Part shown: positions 1 to 13,120 of the stretch, in pieces
Layout: every line of letters starts with the position of its first letter
How positions within the stretch are numbered: position 1 is the first letter of the stretch
Source of the DNA: Octopus bimaculoides
Lineage: Eukaryota
Assembly: GCF_001194135.2 (NCBI RefSeq)
Contig: NC_068982.1
Location: 105,251,342-105,315,341 of the forward strand
Length of the DNA: 64,000 nt
Direction: 5' to 3'
The notes under the pieces: generated by a model
Told to the model about the DNA's origin: nothing
Database searches by the model: none
Seen by the model: the letters and a program-made list of their open reading frames with translations, nothing else
Program-made: the position numbers and the translations under genes

Positions 1-6
1 AGAAGT

Positions 7-381
7 TGTAGTAACGCCGTGCGCATGCGTAGTCTCACGCATGCGTGGAATTAAACAAGCAAGCGTTCCCGCTCAATTCATTCTCTTTCTTGCTGGCCAG
101 CAATAGAGCATGGACGTGTCAAGCAGTGACTCTGACATTCCAACCTGGAGACAGTCTCTTTACGTGTATAGCTGTCACTCTCCATCTTTCGGACTTACGC
201 ACGACAGCTCGCTTACAACTACATACCCACGTCCCAACAACCATGCTCACACACACAGAAGCTGTAACAACAACAAGATCAAAAGATGTATATATTTACC
301 ACCTAAATAAAGTGTTGTATAAGTTGATGGTCTGGAGTTCAGCGTTCCGTTTATATTCTCTAATTTTATATAGGAAAGTCA
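7..381 (+). mobile_element. LTR of an LTR retrotransposon (3' end diverged or truncated)
   Basis: Starts TGTAGTAAC and has AATAAA near 306. It aligns along its length with the copy at 21957-22321 up to ...ATAGGAAAGTCA (381), carrying an extra ~45-bp segment. Confidence 0.75.
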
Positions 382-2168
382 TTTATACTCTTGATTGAAA
401 TTTAATAAGCTAAAACCTGATGTTGCTATATCAGGCCGCGCTCTGGCTTGCTTGCGACGAGAGATGAGAATGTGTATTCTCTGGTAGCTTTCAAACCTCT
501 ACGATTGTTCTTGGCAGGCTTTTGCCTAAATTTTTAAAAAAAATTTTTAGTGCGCGAAATGTTGATAGAACATTTGATTAAGTTCGTGATATGACATGAT
601 ATCGCTGCAAGCTGATTTGTTGATAACCAAGGCAAACCATATGACTTCAACGTGATCTGCACGACGTGACTAGGATTTGGCAATTGAGGATTTTTGGCTC
701 GATTCCCTACCTCCTACAACATATCGGTAAGCAAACTCAGTGCTGGGATCTTTTCTGTTCGAATTGATTTCGTATTTAGTGTAATGATACACTCTTATAG
801 GTTAATTAATGACGTGAAAGTAATTTTGCCAGGGGGAATTCCAACCACGTTTCGTGGCTCACTACCTCAACAGCTCCTTTATAGGATCCAGTGGCTAAAG
901 ACATCATCAGGAGGAACCATGTCCGGTTTCAGCCCCTACTCTTCTACCGTTTTCGACGTGGAGGATTCTTTTGCTTGTTGCCATAGTAACAGTCTTTTGA
1001 AAACTCTACGAAGAAGCACGTGTTGACAGCAGTCTTTGAAAAGTCTTTTATCTGCGAGGAAGCACTGAATGTTTAAACGCTTGTTTCTTTTAGTCATTGA
1101 GCATTGAGGTGGTTGTGAGGTGTGCTAAAAATAACACCTAAATAAGATTTATTTACCTGAAAGAAAATTACCGGAGACATAACACGTGTTGTTTACAAAT
1201 ATTAACAACAAGTGCTATTTTCAGGATGTTGACGACAAAATGTGCAGTCACGCACAAAATGATAGCTTCCAAATCCTGTTTCCTGACTGGGTGAACTATA
1301 ACTATAACTTTTTTAAAACATTTTTCTGGAAAAAATGAAATAACTCCAGCAATTCAGTAGGGGAAAGTGTATTATTGTACCAAATTTTAAAATTTTCAGT
1401 AAACTTTAATTTTTGAAATGCAGACAGCCAAACCGAAAAGATCCCCGTACTTCTGCACCAGTTGAACGAGTGCTTCCTGAAATAAATAATGTGTGGACAG
1501 GTGAAAGTCAGATGCTACATTCAAGGATCTTTTGATGACTATACTAAACATTCTAATAAGCAGTTTCAAATGAAAACTACGAAAGTAGTGGTAAGGGAGT
1601 AAAATAATACTTGACAATAAATGTGTGGCAAGATTCAAAACCGAATCTACAAATTGCCAAGTTAAAATCACAGCTAAGAACAACTTTTTCATGTGATCAG
1701 CCGAGTTATAGAACAATCTGAATTGAAATGTCACGTAATGCATCTTTCTTTTACATGTTTTTAACGCCAACTTTGCAGAGTGTCAAGGACGCCTGGACGA
1801 AATGTGTCTTCGCTTTCACTAGATCATATTGTGCAGAGACCGGCTATTTCATTTCACACGTCTCATCTATTGCCCCAGTTTGTAGCCACCCACAGCTAAG
1901 CTAACCACATCCTCGTTTTGCCGCTTTTAACAGTCGTTCTTATGATTTTTTTAATAACTTCGCCAGCAGCTCTAGCTCGTTGACACAAACCCATTGTGTA
2001 TATTTTCTCTTGTTTTAGCAGTTTAATTACAGAACCTCCTTAATCAACTATTTGTAAGAACTACAGAATTGTCCTTTTCAGTGTGTAAATTTCGTTGTAG
2101 CATTTTTAATTCATGGCCAGCATGGAAAATATTTGTGTAGTGAAATAAAATCCTATTAATTGTTCACA

Positions 2169-2907
2169 GGTAAGGACCGTCCGATGCGAGGTGACGAGAA
2201 TGGCTCTTTAGTACATCACACGGTTGATACAATAAATACAAAATTGAATAGTACATATAAGTGCCGGAGAGAAAAAGGAGTACCGCGTAGAATGATGAAG
2301 AGAAGATTTATCGACATGTAAACGTGTGCCTATTGCGTGTGTCGTATTTACAGAATAATAGACAGGCCGTCATGAGAACAAAATATATGTATGTGTGTGT
2401 TAAGAACATGTAATAACAGCAAAGAAGTGAACAGGGAAAGAGTCTATAGCCATCGAAGTGAGAAGTTCGTAGACACAAGAATGAGAATACCAGTTCGTAG
2501 TCCATTGTACAGTTGAAATACGGTATCAAGAAATTGCGGCCAGTTACTGAGCCGGTTGCAGGTACATGTCGTACGTGAAGTCGTGGCTGTGATGCTGCTG
2601 CCTGAGTCACTTGGTACAGGAGTTGTTGGAACTTGGGCGAGTTGCTTGTTGAGTTTTGTACGTAGAGAGATGATGTTGATGACATTAAGAAGATGATGGT
2701 GGCAACGAAGAAGACTGCCGTAATGCAGTTGGACGAAATTGGTCTCAACGTGGCTGCTGTGGTGTTGTCGCTAGAACTGGCCGTGTCTTGTGTGGTCAGT
2801 GACTAGACCTTAAAAGGTTTGGAACCAAAGACATATAATGAGAAAAAGGCTGGGTTTTTATAAGGAACTGTAGGCTCAAAACTGACTTGAGAACTGGCTC
2901 TCTCACA
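2169..2907 (-). mobile_element. Candidate solo LTR
   Basis: Minus strand begins TGTGAGAGAG, has TATAAAA shortly after and ends ...GGACGGTCCTTAC(C), resembling a CTTACA LTR end. It is CpG-richer than the flanks and abuts the broken RTE. No TSD was found. Confidence 0.4.
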
Positions 2908-4630
2908 TGATTTTATTTAGAGGCTCCGATTGGTTATACTCAGCAAATTTTGTTTTTGCTAGGTTAACTCTAAGATCCTTCGATTCTAGACCTTGCCTCC
3001 ATACCTGGAACTTCTTCTCTAGTTCAGGTAGTGATTCAACTATAAGAGCAAGGTCATCAGCATAGAGGATCATCCAGGGGCAGCTTGTCTTAAATTTCTC
3101 TGTTATTGCCTGGATGTCTATGATGAACAAGAGAAGGCTGAGGACTGATCCTTGGTGAACCCCTACTTGTACCCTGAATTCTTTGCTGAAATCATTGCCA
3201 ACCCTCACCTTACTGATGGCATCCCTGTACATAGCTTGTACAGCTCTCACCAACCACTCATCCATTCCTAGTTTCCGCATTGACCACCAGATAAGGGATC
3301 AGGAGACCCTGTCAAAGGCTTTCTCCAAGTCAACAAAAGACAAGTACAGAGGTTTATCTGCAGTTATGTATTTCTCCTGCGGCTGTCTTACCAGAAATAT
3401 AGCATCAGTGGTACTTCTCCCTGGCACAAAATCAAACTACATCTCATCTAGGCTCTCTCTCTAATTAGTTGGGCTATGACTCTCTCCATAACTTTCATCA
3501 CCTGATCCAACAATTTGATACATTTGTAATTATTTCTATCTAAGGCATCATCACCTTTACCTTTGTAACAGTTGATAGTGCTGCTACAGCAGTTAGAAGG
3601 TATGACTCCTTTGTGAACCGCCTAATTTTCAATATGGGTGACTAGACCATAACCCACACTGCCAGATATTTTAAGCATCTGATGGACCGGGGGCTTTCCC
3701 TGTTTTCCTATCCTTAATTACTTTATCTATCAAGGTACTGTTGATTCGGGTAGCTGGTCCCTCAACTGGGTCAATATTTGGCAGACTCTCCTCTTTTCCA
3801 TTCATTCTCCACATTCAGCAGTCTTTCATAATGGCATTTCAAGCTTCATTCTTTGCAGAAACATTAAATGCAAATGCACCATCATCCATGTGGGCACATT
3901 TCTCTTCTGTGACATTACGATTTTCTCTCGTACACTGTCTTACAATCCAAAACACTTCAGTTCTTTGGTGCTCACATTACTGAACATAGGCAAACTTCTT
4001 TTCTGCTTTTTCCTTGGCTAGATATACCTGTCTCCTAGCTGCCCTTCTGGCTATCTGATACAGTTCCCTGCTACCCCAATTCTATGGCCTCCATGTACAC
4101 CATGAAAAAATACCAGGTTGCTGTCCGACATGCCGATTGAAGTCCCCAGCCATGAAGATGAGATCCTTGTCATTCATCTTAGAAGTAGCCTGTAGAAGGA
4201 TATCATAAAAATGGTCCTTCTGTTCATTTGGTGGGCCTGCTTGTGGGGCATAGGCAGAGATAATTGACACACTGCCATTCTGCAAGACTAGCCTGAGCGT
4301 AAGCACACTATCATTCACTCTCACTACATCTATGACCTTATCCCCCCATTTCTCTGCAAGAAGTATGCCCACACCACCTACCCTGTCACTGTTATCTTCC
4401 CAGAAGATTTTATGCCTATGTATCTTGCCTGTGAGGAACCTGGTTGAAGCTCCTCTCCACCTTACCTCTTGGATACATCAACACGCCTCCATTCAAGCAG
4501 CTCAACAATCTTGCTAGACCTACTTTTCAATGTGCCTACATTGACAGTGCCAACCCTGAGAACTGGGTAAGGGGCACAGGAGAGATGGTATTAGGCACTG
4601 AAAAGAAGGTTTCAGTGTTCGTTTGATAAC
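2908..4630 (-). mobile_element. RTE-clade LINE, degenerate (APE endonuclease + RT), 3' truncated
   Basis: APE motifs GVGILLAEKW, SIISAYAPQAG and MAGDFN. RT motifs FVDLEKAFDRV, VGVHQGSVLSLLLF and ILYADDLALI. Multiple stops and frameshifts. Confidence 0.9.
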
Positions 4631-6606
4631 AGACATGTCACATCAGTTGATCTCACTTTAACCTACCATCATTCAAACATGTTAAAATTATTGTCCTTAC
4701 TGGTAGTGAGTAGCGCTGTAAATATAAGCAAGCATTACTGCTGCAAATATAAATAGGTTAATGTATAAATTAATTATATATATAAATGATCTGCTATTGG
4801 TTAGTCTATTATATATAGTGAGAAAGAGGCAGGTGGTTTGTTAATTTACTAATAATTTCCTAAATAACATATCACCTTTTGATGCATGCAGTAGTGTGGG
4901 CGATTATTGGTGGCAGGGAAGGAGGGACGAGAGTATGCAAGTCTTTTGGTACAGAGTGAGGCAGAGCCCTGAAGGGGACAAGCAATGGCCAGTTTACTAT
5001 CGTTGTGGAGAGAAACATGGCAACAGTGAGAGACATAAGTAAATCAAGAATGCATACGAATTTTAGAGAACAATGGCGCAAACATTATGAAACAAGGACA
5101 GAGGACTAAGATTTTAGGGTATTACGGTTTGAAGGTTATTTGAAGAATTAAATAGTTACAGGTTATGATAGTACATGTTAGTATTACAGGTTAGATAAGT
5201 GAATGAATGAATGAATGAGGTGATTAAAAAAAACGAGAAAAATTCTTAGCTATGCATGTCATGAAACAACAGTGAATCAAGTGGTGTGAAAGTGTGTACA
5301 TATATATATACATATGTGCACATGTGTGTGTGTGTGTGTAAATATATATGTGTGTGTATATATATATGTGTGTGTGAGTATGTGTATATATATATATATA
5401 GATAGATATTGCAGGTAATATGGGTGTCTGAAGATGTAAGACAATAGGCACATATTACTGCGTCGGTGATTCAAAGCCTTGACTGCTAGATAACTAGACA
5501 AACACCTTGAGAGAACCACCACAGTTTCACATGATTGGTCTATTAAGCAACCAATCAACATGAAGCTGTAGCTTGATGTTGTTTTCTAGAATGTTCTTCT
5601 TGCACCCTAAAAAAGATCACTTTTGGTACATTTTAATTGCAGAATGTTGATGGTAGCTGAGCAACATGTACCTCCACTCTTACTTTTGTGACGGTTCCAG
5701 TCAGTTGTACAGACAGCTTAAGACAGACAACCAAGGATCTCTGATTCATGGAGATTTGCACAGTTGACTTTGTATGCTTTGAGCCAATCACATGTCATAC
5801 AGATAGCTTTCCATAATTTCAGAGTAGTTGTCTCTCTCCCAGTATGTAACTACTAATGTTGTTAACTCTAAATGGCCAACAACAAATATCCTTCTGTCCA
5901 GTAATAAATATTTCAGTTAAATGTTTGCAGCTTTTGCTTCAGTTATTATTTATGCAGCCAACAAAATATATTTTCATTTACCAACTCCGCATCGCACCAA
6001 TCAAACAGACCAATGTGACACTACAGTTAATGACCAGATTGATTTCCTGTCTAAACTTCAGCTTCAGCAGCAACTTAAAATGCAAGGATGTTATAGTTGC
6101 CTAAATGAGGACTGGCTAATGGCAATATATTGATTGAACTGGTACATGTATAATAGAACAAAAACTGGTAAAAATCTGGTATCAGGTCAAATTATGACAT
6201 TTATATACTTATACAACATATAGAGAGAACGAAATGCTTTAAGGGGTTCAAAACACAAGAGATCAATAAAAGTTCCATTCAGGAATTTTCACAATGGTTG
6301 TGATATATGCTGGTCTATTCCTGGAATAGTTATAAGGTAGGTCTGTAGTATTGATAATAAATAGTAGGCGAAGGTGCATGGCTCAGTGGTTAGAGCACGG
6401 CTGGCCAACCTGAGGTTCAAAGGCCACATGCATCCCGCAGACTTTTATCTTGTGGCCCACTTGACACTTTCTTGAAATGGGTTTATTTAAACAAACATTT
6501 TAAAAATTTTATCAAAAATTAAAGCTTGTAATGAAAAGTAAGAAAAGAAAGATTCTACTGTTTTTGCAACAATAATATTTCATTCATTATTGTAATAATA
6601 CTTCCT

Positions 6607-7051
6607 TTTACTTGCTTCAGTCATTTGACTGTGGCCATGCTGGAGCACCACTTTTAGTCGAGCAAATCGACCCCAGGACTTATTCTTTGTAAGCTTAGTA
6701 CTTATTCTATCAGTTTCTTTTGCCGAACAACTAAGTTACGGGGACCTAGACACACCAGCATCGGTTGTCAAACGATGTTGGGGGGACAAACACAGACATA
6801 CAAACATATACACACATATACATATATACAACGGGCTTCTTTCAGTTTCCATCAACCAAATCCACTCACAAGGCTTTGGTTGGCCCGAGGCTATAGTAGA
6901 AGATACTTGCCCAAGGTGCCACACAGTGGGACTGAACCCAGAACCATGTGGTTGGTAAGCAAGCTACTCACCACACAGCCACTCCTACAGTGGGACTGAA
7001 CCCGAAACCATGTGGTTTGTAAGCAAGCTACTTACCACACAGCCACTCCTA
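6607..7051 (-). mobile_element. tRNA-derived CORE-like SINE (family B) with tandemly duplicated head, nested in the hAT
   Basis: Minus strand reads GGAGTGGCTGTGTGGTAAGTAGCTTGCT...GGTTCAGTCCCACTG...GCACCTTGGGCAAGT, with tail GGTGCTCCAGCATGGCCACAGTCAAATGACTGAAGCAAG. A 64-bp unit is repeated at 6924-6987 and 6988-7051. Confidence 0.85.
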
Positions 7052-7099
7052 TGCCTATAGCATGAGAAAGCAAAATGTTTTCAATTCTGTCAGCAGTGC

Positions 7100-7375
7100 T
7101 GCTCTATTCTTGTAGCAAGCATATGTATGTTCTGAAGAGGGTGTTAGAGTTTGAGGTAAATGGAGAGCGAAAGCGATGGAGACCGAGGAAAATGTGGAGG
7201 AGACAGGTGGAGGAAGAGATTGGGAGGGTTGGCTTGAGAATGGAGGACACCCAAAACTGGGCAAGATGGTAAGATGGTGTGACGGCGGTTGTTTTGGCAT
7301 AGAGGTAGATCCAGCCACCCCTGTTAACGGGGACACAACCTGGATTCAAAATGATAGGTGATGGATGATGATGAA
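7100..7375 (+). mobile_element. RTE LINE 3' end fragment
   Basis: VLKRVLEFEVNGERKRWRPRKMWRRQVEEE is typical of the RTE ORF C-terminus (GxRxRGRPRKTW). It is followed by a (GAT)n-like tail. Confidence 0.75.
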
Positions 7376-7967
7376 GTGTTAATTGAACATCATTTTTTGC
7401 TATCTTTTATATGTAATCCGGTTTCACCAGTCCTCAGTCAAATCGTCCAACCCATGCTAGCATGGAAAGCAGACGTTAAACGATGATGATGATGTTTATG
7501 TATACACTTTAGAATAAGTCTTCGAAAGACTGGGCGCATATGTATTATATATCAAGTGTAAGTAAAATATACACTGTATCATACAATATTCTAACTCTAG
7601 TAGTAGTGCTTTCATTGCATACCATACTTTTCTGTATAAAGTGATCAATGTAAAAAATGTCTGTCAGTAAATGAGAGATTATAGCATAAAAACTACAACT
7701 GTTTGAAATGATCTTTTATAGTTATTTGTGTTTCAAGCAGCCTTGCTAGTTGTCTTTGTTTTTGTAATTATTTATTTAAATCAATTTGTTTGAAAGCATT
7801 AAAAAATTTTTAAGATCAGATTTGTTTTCTATTAAAAAAAATAGTTTTTTAAACTTTCGTATTAACAATCATTGTTTTTGGTGTAGCTTTTTAATAAATA
7901 ATTCAAAGTATTAAGACAGTGTTGTCAATAACATAATACACTGGTGTACTTTAATATTCTATAATTT

Positions 7968-8186
7968 GATGGTGGCGAGCTGGCAAAAATGTTAGCACAC
8001 CGGATGAAATGCTTAGCAGTATTTCGTCTGTCTTTACATTCTGAGTTCAAATTCCACCGAGGTCGACTTTGCCGTTCATCCTTTCGGGGTCGCTAAATTA
8101 AGTACCAGTTGTGTACTGGGGTCGATCTAATTGACTAGCCCCCTACCCCAAAATTTCGGGCCTTGTGCCTAGAGTAGAAAAGAATG
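7968..8186 (+). mobile_element. tRNA-derived SINE (family A, Meta-domain-like centre)
   Basis: GGCGAGCTGGCA..A.GTTAGC head and GAGTTCAAATTCC B box. Central AGGTCGACTTTGCC.TTCATCCTTTCGGGGTCG.TAAATTAAGTACCAG resembles the MetaSINE domain as recalled. 11-bp TSD TTCTATAATTT (7957-7967, 8187-8197). Confidence 0.85.
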
Positions 8187-8299
8187 TTCTATAATTTAAA
8201 CATTGTTCTCTAATAATATTTAGAAATTAGATGGAACAACTCCTTGACAGTGATTATTAAATGTTTTTGAACAAATTCTGTTAATAGTTTTAGAATGAG

Positions 8300-10076
8300 C
8301 TCAAAAAATACAGGAAAATAGATGAAAATAGACAATTTAGTAGTCAATGAGAAAAAGAATATTGTTATTCATATGCCAAAACTCAAAGTTGATTTGTCTC
8401 ATCTGCAAAGGAAGTATTGTTGTTTTTAAAGAATATAATGTGAAAAGATATTATAAAACTGTTCATCCTGAATACTTACAGTTCAGTAAAGATGCAAGGA
8501 AAATGAAATTAGATAATTTCAAAGCTGACTTAAAAAAGGAACAAATGATATTCAGTTCAATGTTTCAACACCCATCAAATATTGTTTGAGCAAGTTATTC
8601 AGTTGCTTTTTTAAATGGAAAAAAAAAATTTTTTTTAATAAAACCATTTTCAGACAATGAATTTGTGAAAGAGTGTTTATCAGCTGTTGTAAAAGATATT
8701 TTAGCAGAAAAAAGTGAGCTGTTCTCAAAAGTGCCTTTGTCACATCAAACTACATGCGACCATACTAAAGAAATTTCAGATGAAATTCAGTTATGCTTAC
8801 AAGAAAAAATTCAAAACTTCAAGTTTTATACTTAGGCTTTTGATGAAAGCACTGATATTTTTGACATACCTCAACTTACTGTATTTGTTTGTGGAATAAA
8901 TGAATCATGAAGTTTTGTAAGCTTGAAGAATAAAGTTACAGGTGAAGATATTTTTCAATCAATTGAAAGTTGTCTTCTAGAAAATAATTTAAGTTTGGAA
9001 AACCTTTCAGGTATAATAACTAATAGAACACCTGCTATGGTTGGTAAAAACAGCAGTGCAGTAACATTACTGGTGAAAAAAGTTGAGACTGTAACAAAAC
9101 AAAGTGATGATGTTTTTGTTGTTCACTGTTTGATACATCAACAGAATTTATGCTCAAAAGTGTTATTCATGAATCATGTTATGGATGTTGTTGTAAAAAA
9201 CAATAAACTACATTCGATCACATGCACTTCAACATAAGTAAATTCTCACAGAAATAGATTCTGAATATGGTGATGTAATCTATTTTACTAAAGTTAGATG
9301 GCTAAGTCAAGGTTCTTGTCTAAAATGATTTTTTGTATTAAGAGAAGGAATAAATATTTTTTTGAATGAGAAACAGAAATGCATCTATGAATTAAGCAGT
9401 TATGAATTGTTATCTGATTTATGCCTTTTAGTTGACTTAACAGAGGAATTGAATCTCCTTAACTATAAAGTACAATGTAAAAATAATTTAATTATTGATG
9501 CTCACAACTGCATAAATGCATTACAAAAACGTTGGAGTTGTTTGAAGTACAACTTAGAAAAAATAATTCTGTACATTTTACATTTTAGAATAATTTTTGT
9601 AAAAAGAGAAATATTTCAAAATATGTGGATGATATTAAAAAGTTATCACATGAATTTGACAATATGATTTTAAAAAACATATTAAAAAATTTGAAATTTG
9701 TTCTTTTCCATTTGATGTTGATGTTGAGACTGTTCCTGAAAATCTACAAATGGAAATGATTGAAATGCAGTGTAATATGGAACTTAAACTTCTTTTTGAG
9801 AAAACTTCAAGATATGACTTTTACAAAAATTTAATCACATTTGAGAAATATCCTAATTTGAGAGCCTTTTTGCAAAGAATTTTGAGTGATTTTGGCTCTA
9901 CTTACACATGCGAAACGTTCTTTTCAAAAATGAAGTTAGCAAAAAAAAACAAAAAAAAAAAACACGAAGCTCAATAACTGATGAAAATTTGAGCAGTCAA
10001 CTGTGCTGTGCAGTAAGTAACCTTGAAATAGATTTGAAGAAAATAAGTCAAAAGAAAATAAAGCAAATATCTCATT
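8300..10076 (+). pseudogene. hAT (GTF2IRD2/ZBED5-like) transposase pseudogene
   Basis: Fragments across frames: LICLICKGSIVVFKEYNVKRYY, AFDESTDIFDIPQL, TNRTPAMVGK, HCLIHQQNLC, KVRWLSQG and FGSTYTCETFFSKMK. Many stops and frameshifts. Confidence 0.9.
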
Positions 10077-11201
10077 AAATTATAATTTTGATACTTTTTC
10101 TATTTTTACTGAATCCTTTATTGTGTTTAATTTCAAAATAAAATTGTTTGTATAAAACATTTGTTTCAAAATAAATTTAAAATTTATAAGTGGCAATAAA
10201 GCAATAGCCTACAATTTTATAATTTTAAACAAACAAAAAGTATGAAAAATTCTCGATTCTGTAATTTGATTATTTGACTATTAATGCATAAAGTATACAA
10301 ATGGCCCTCAAAAAACTTTCTGGTGATTAAAGTGACTTGCGATGTAATTTGAGTTGGCTAGGCCTGGGTTAGGGCATTAGGATCAGAATCATGAGGTAGT
10401 GAGTTTGATTTCTAGACTGGGCTGTGTTGTATTCTTGAGCAAGACACTTTATTTCATGTTGCTCCAATTCACTCAGCTGTAGAAATGAGCTATGATGTCA
10501 CTGGTGCCAAACTGCATCAGCCTTTGCCTTTCTCTTGGATAACATTGGTGGCATGGGGAGGGGAGGCTGGTATGTATGGGCCACTACTGGCTTTCCATAA
10601 AACAATCTTGCCTGGACTTGTCCTTCAGAGGGTAACTTTCTAGGTACAGTCCCATGGTCATTCATGACCGAAATTGGTCTTTAACCTTTTTTGCATAGTA
10701 GGTTAAGACAGGCGATCATAAATAAACTCAAAGGTTTAAGGAAATGAGTACTGGGATCAGTCTGTTTGATTTAATGTTTCAAAGCTGTGCTCCTGCATGG
10801 CCACAACCCAATGACTGAAGTAAATAAAAGATAGAAGGTAAACTAATGATGAAAAGATTAACCCATGATTAAAAATTAACAAGGTATGTATGAACAGACA
10901 GAAAGAAGAAAATTCAATATCCTACTACTATTACATTTGAAAAACAAGTGTATTTCAAAGTGTGTAATTCAGCTAGGCATAGACATTTGGTGTCTTGGGA
11001 TTTGTGAACTGACCTCACCTTACCTCAGCATTTTCTTCAACATTATGTATAATGTATTACATATATCATATCACAAGTATGTATTATATATATATATAAA
11101 TCATATCACAAGTATATCAAATTTTCAGAACTTGATCATTTGCAGTAATAGTATTGACCTAAATATATATAATAGTATTCTTGCCTATGAAAGAGTTTGC
11201 C

Positions 11202-11261
11202 ATAATAATAATAATAATAATAATAACAACAACAACAATAATGATAATGATAATAATGATG

Positions 11262-11311
<50 letters not shown>
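11202..11311. repeat. Compound (AAT)n/(AAC)n/(GAT)n microsatellite
   Basis: Seen directly; it produces the spurious poly-Asn ORF 10886-11377. Confidence 0.95.
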
Positions 11312-11312
<1 letters not shown>

Positions 11313-11904
11313 GTCTATGCTATAACAAAGAAATCTGCTTTTTAGTTTGTTTGGAGTATGTTACTTGTATTAAATGAAAGCGATTATTTAAGTTTACATT
11401 GTCTACAAAATTCTTTAAAAATCCTAATTTCATAATATTTTTTTATCCAAATATGATTTCCAAGTTTCTTGAAACAACAACAGCAACAATTCTTTCTAAT
11501 TTTAGCTCAAATCCAGCAATTTTGAAGTGAGGAAGTTAGTCATTCACATTGACCCAAGTACTTGGCTGGTACATTATTAATCTCAATAAAAATGCTGTCT
11601 TTGATTCCTCATGTATCATAACATCCTCTGAGAATAAAGATTGCCATTGATTGTTATTTGCATAATCAACTTCAAAACACTTGGATGAAGCAACCCTCCC
11701 AACCATATAACAATACATAAAACCTCACAGCAATAACAACTTGCAAGATTTTGAATACTCTGGGCTTAACCAAGACCACATCCATAAACCAAAAACAGTT
11801 ATTATTCGAGGAATGCTGACATTGGCTGTCAAAGCTGTTTAACTGGTGTGGAACAAATCAAAGCAATTTAGTTATTTAATAAAATAACTGAAACTGAAGA
11901 AATC

Positions 11905-12392
11905 ATTGTTGACATTGTTGATGTCATCACCCGAACTAAATTCAACGACTGGCACCCATGCCAACATCGTCTCCTTCATTGGACATGAAACTCGGCTTGC
12001 GAAGACCTGTTGTGGCAAGTGAAAACGAAATCGTGATGGCACCTGTGCCCAGCGTCGCCTTCCTGGCACTTGTGCCGGTGGCATGTGTAAGACATTCGAG
12101 CGAAATTGTTGCTAGGGCCGCTGGACTGGCTCCTGTGCAGGTGGCACTTAAAATACACCATTTTGAGCGTGGCCGTTGCCAGTACCGCCTGACTGGCCTT
12201 CGTGCCGGTGGCATGTAAAAGCACCCACTACACTCTCGGAGTGGTTGGCGTTAGGAAGGGCATCCAGCTGTAGAAACTCTGCCAAATCAGATTGGAGCCT
12301 GGTGTAGCCATCTGGTCCACCAGTCCTCAATCAAATCGTCCAACCCATGCCAGCATGGAAAGCGGACGTTAAACGACGATGATGATGATGAT
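11905..12392 (+). mobile_element. Non-autonomous retroposon (family C) ending in (GAT)n
   Basis: Internal GTGCC..TGGCA.GTAAAA subrepeats and the tail CAACCCATGCCAGCATGGAAAGCGGACGTTAAACGACGATGATGATG, shared with many copies in the window. Confidence 0.8.
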
Positions 12393-12707
12393 GCTCACAT
12401 GGATTGAAATGACCATTTTCATTACAGCATCCTGATGAATTATCACCTGACGGTGGATCAGAAGCCACAGCTTGCATCAGCAAGAGACTTCATACATGTT
12501 TGATGTGTTCATGATCAATTTTCAACCGTTACTTTTCTATACAAGAACTGCTGAAGTAGCTTTGAAAACAGTAAAATGCCTGATATCAACAACAATGAAC
12601 CAAGTGATAAACTGGATACAAATGTCTTTCAAATAGCTATACTTTAATATTCCAATATGCCAGTCATAAACACCAAACTATCACCATTGATGTGCAATAT
12701 TTGACTC

Positions 12708-13120
12708 ATCATCATCATCATCATTTAACAGCTGTCTTCCATGCTGGCATAGTTTGGATGGTTTGACAGGAGCCGGCCGCCTGAAGAGCTGCCTAGGCCC
12801 CATGTTTGTTTAGTTATGGTTTCTTCGACTGGATGCCCTTCCTAACGTCAACTGCTTTACAGTGATCTGGATGCTTTTATGTGGCACCAGTACAGTTACT
12901 TTTTATATGGCACCAGCACCCATAAGCCCACAAGATTAGGAATGCTCAGCTGGAGAGGGATGCAGGGCACATGCCTGTATGCAAGGACAACTATGATTTT
13001 ACTTAGCTTGATGTATCTTCTCAAGCACAACAAACCACCAGGATTACAGTCCCATGTCATCCCCTCTGTGAAACCCAACCTCTGAAGATCTTTTCTCACC
13101 ATTTCTGTACATGGCAAATA
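12708..13120 (-). mobile_element. Family C-related retroposon (diverged subfamily)
   Basis: (CAT)n followed by TTTAACAGCTGTCTTCCATGCTGGCAT...GGATGCCCTTCCTAACG on the plus strand. Confidence 0.7.

Larger units (their letters stand above)
6396..10366 (+). mobile_element. hAT DNA transposon (Buster/Charlie, GTF2IRD2-like), complete ends, defective
   Basis: TIRs CACGGCTGGCCAAC / revcomp CAGGCCTAGCCAAC (11/14 match). 8-bp TSD GGTTAGAG (6388-6395) / GGTTAGGG (10367-10374) with central TA. Contains transposase remnants and nested SINE/RTE insertions. Confidence 0.9.
6369..10694 (+). mobile_element. tRNA-derived SINE (family D) split by a hAT insertion; pieces 6369-6395 and 10367-10694
   Basis: Rejoining the halves reproduces the intact copy at 61956-62296 (TGGCTCAGTGGTTAGAG|CAT.AGG...GACCGAA...TCTTTA.CC). 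ATAGTAGG flanks both outer ends (6361-6368, 10695-10702). Confidence 0.85.

Noticed and set aside
10886-11377. Poly-Asn ORF and the many HT/YI/CV-repeat ORFs elsewhere
   Set aside because: They are translations of microsatellites with no splice or homology support.
12428-12470. Hammerhead at CCTGATGAATTATC
   Set aside because: There is no stem II closed by GAAA and no stem I/III partner. Other CTGATGA hits lie inside coding or TE ORFs.
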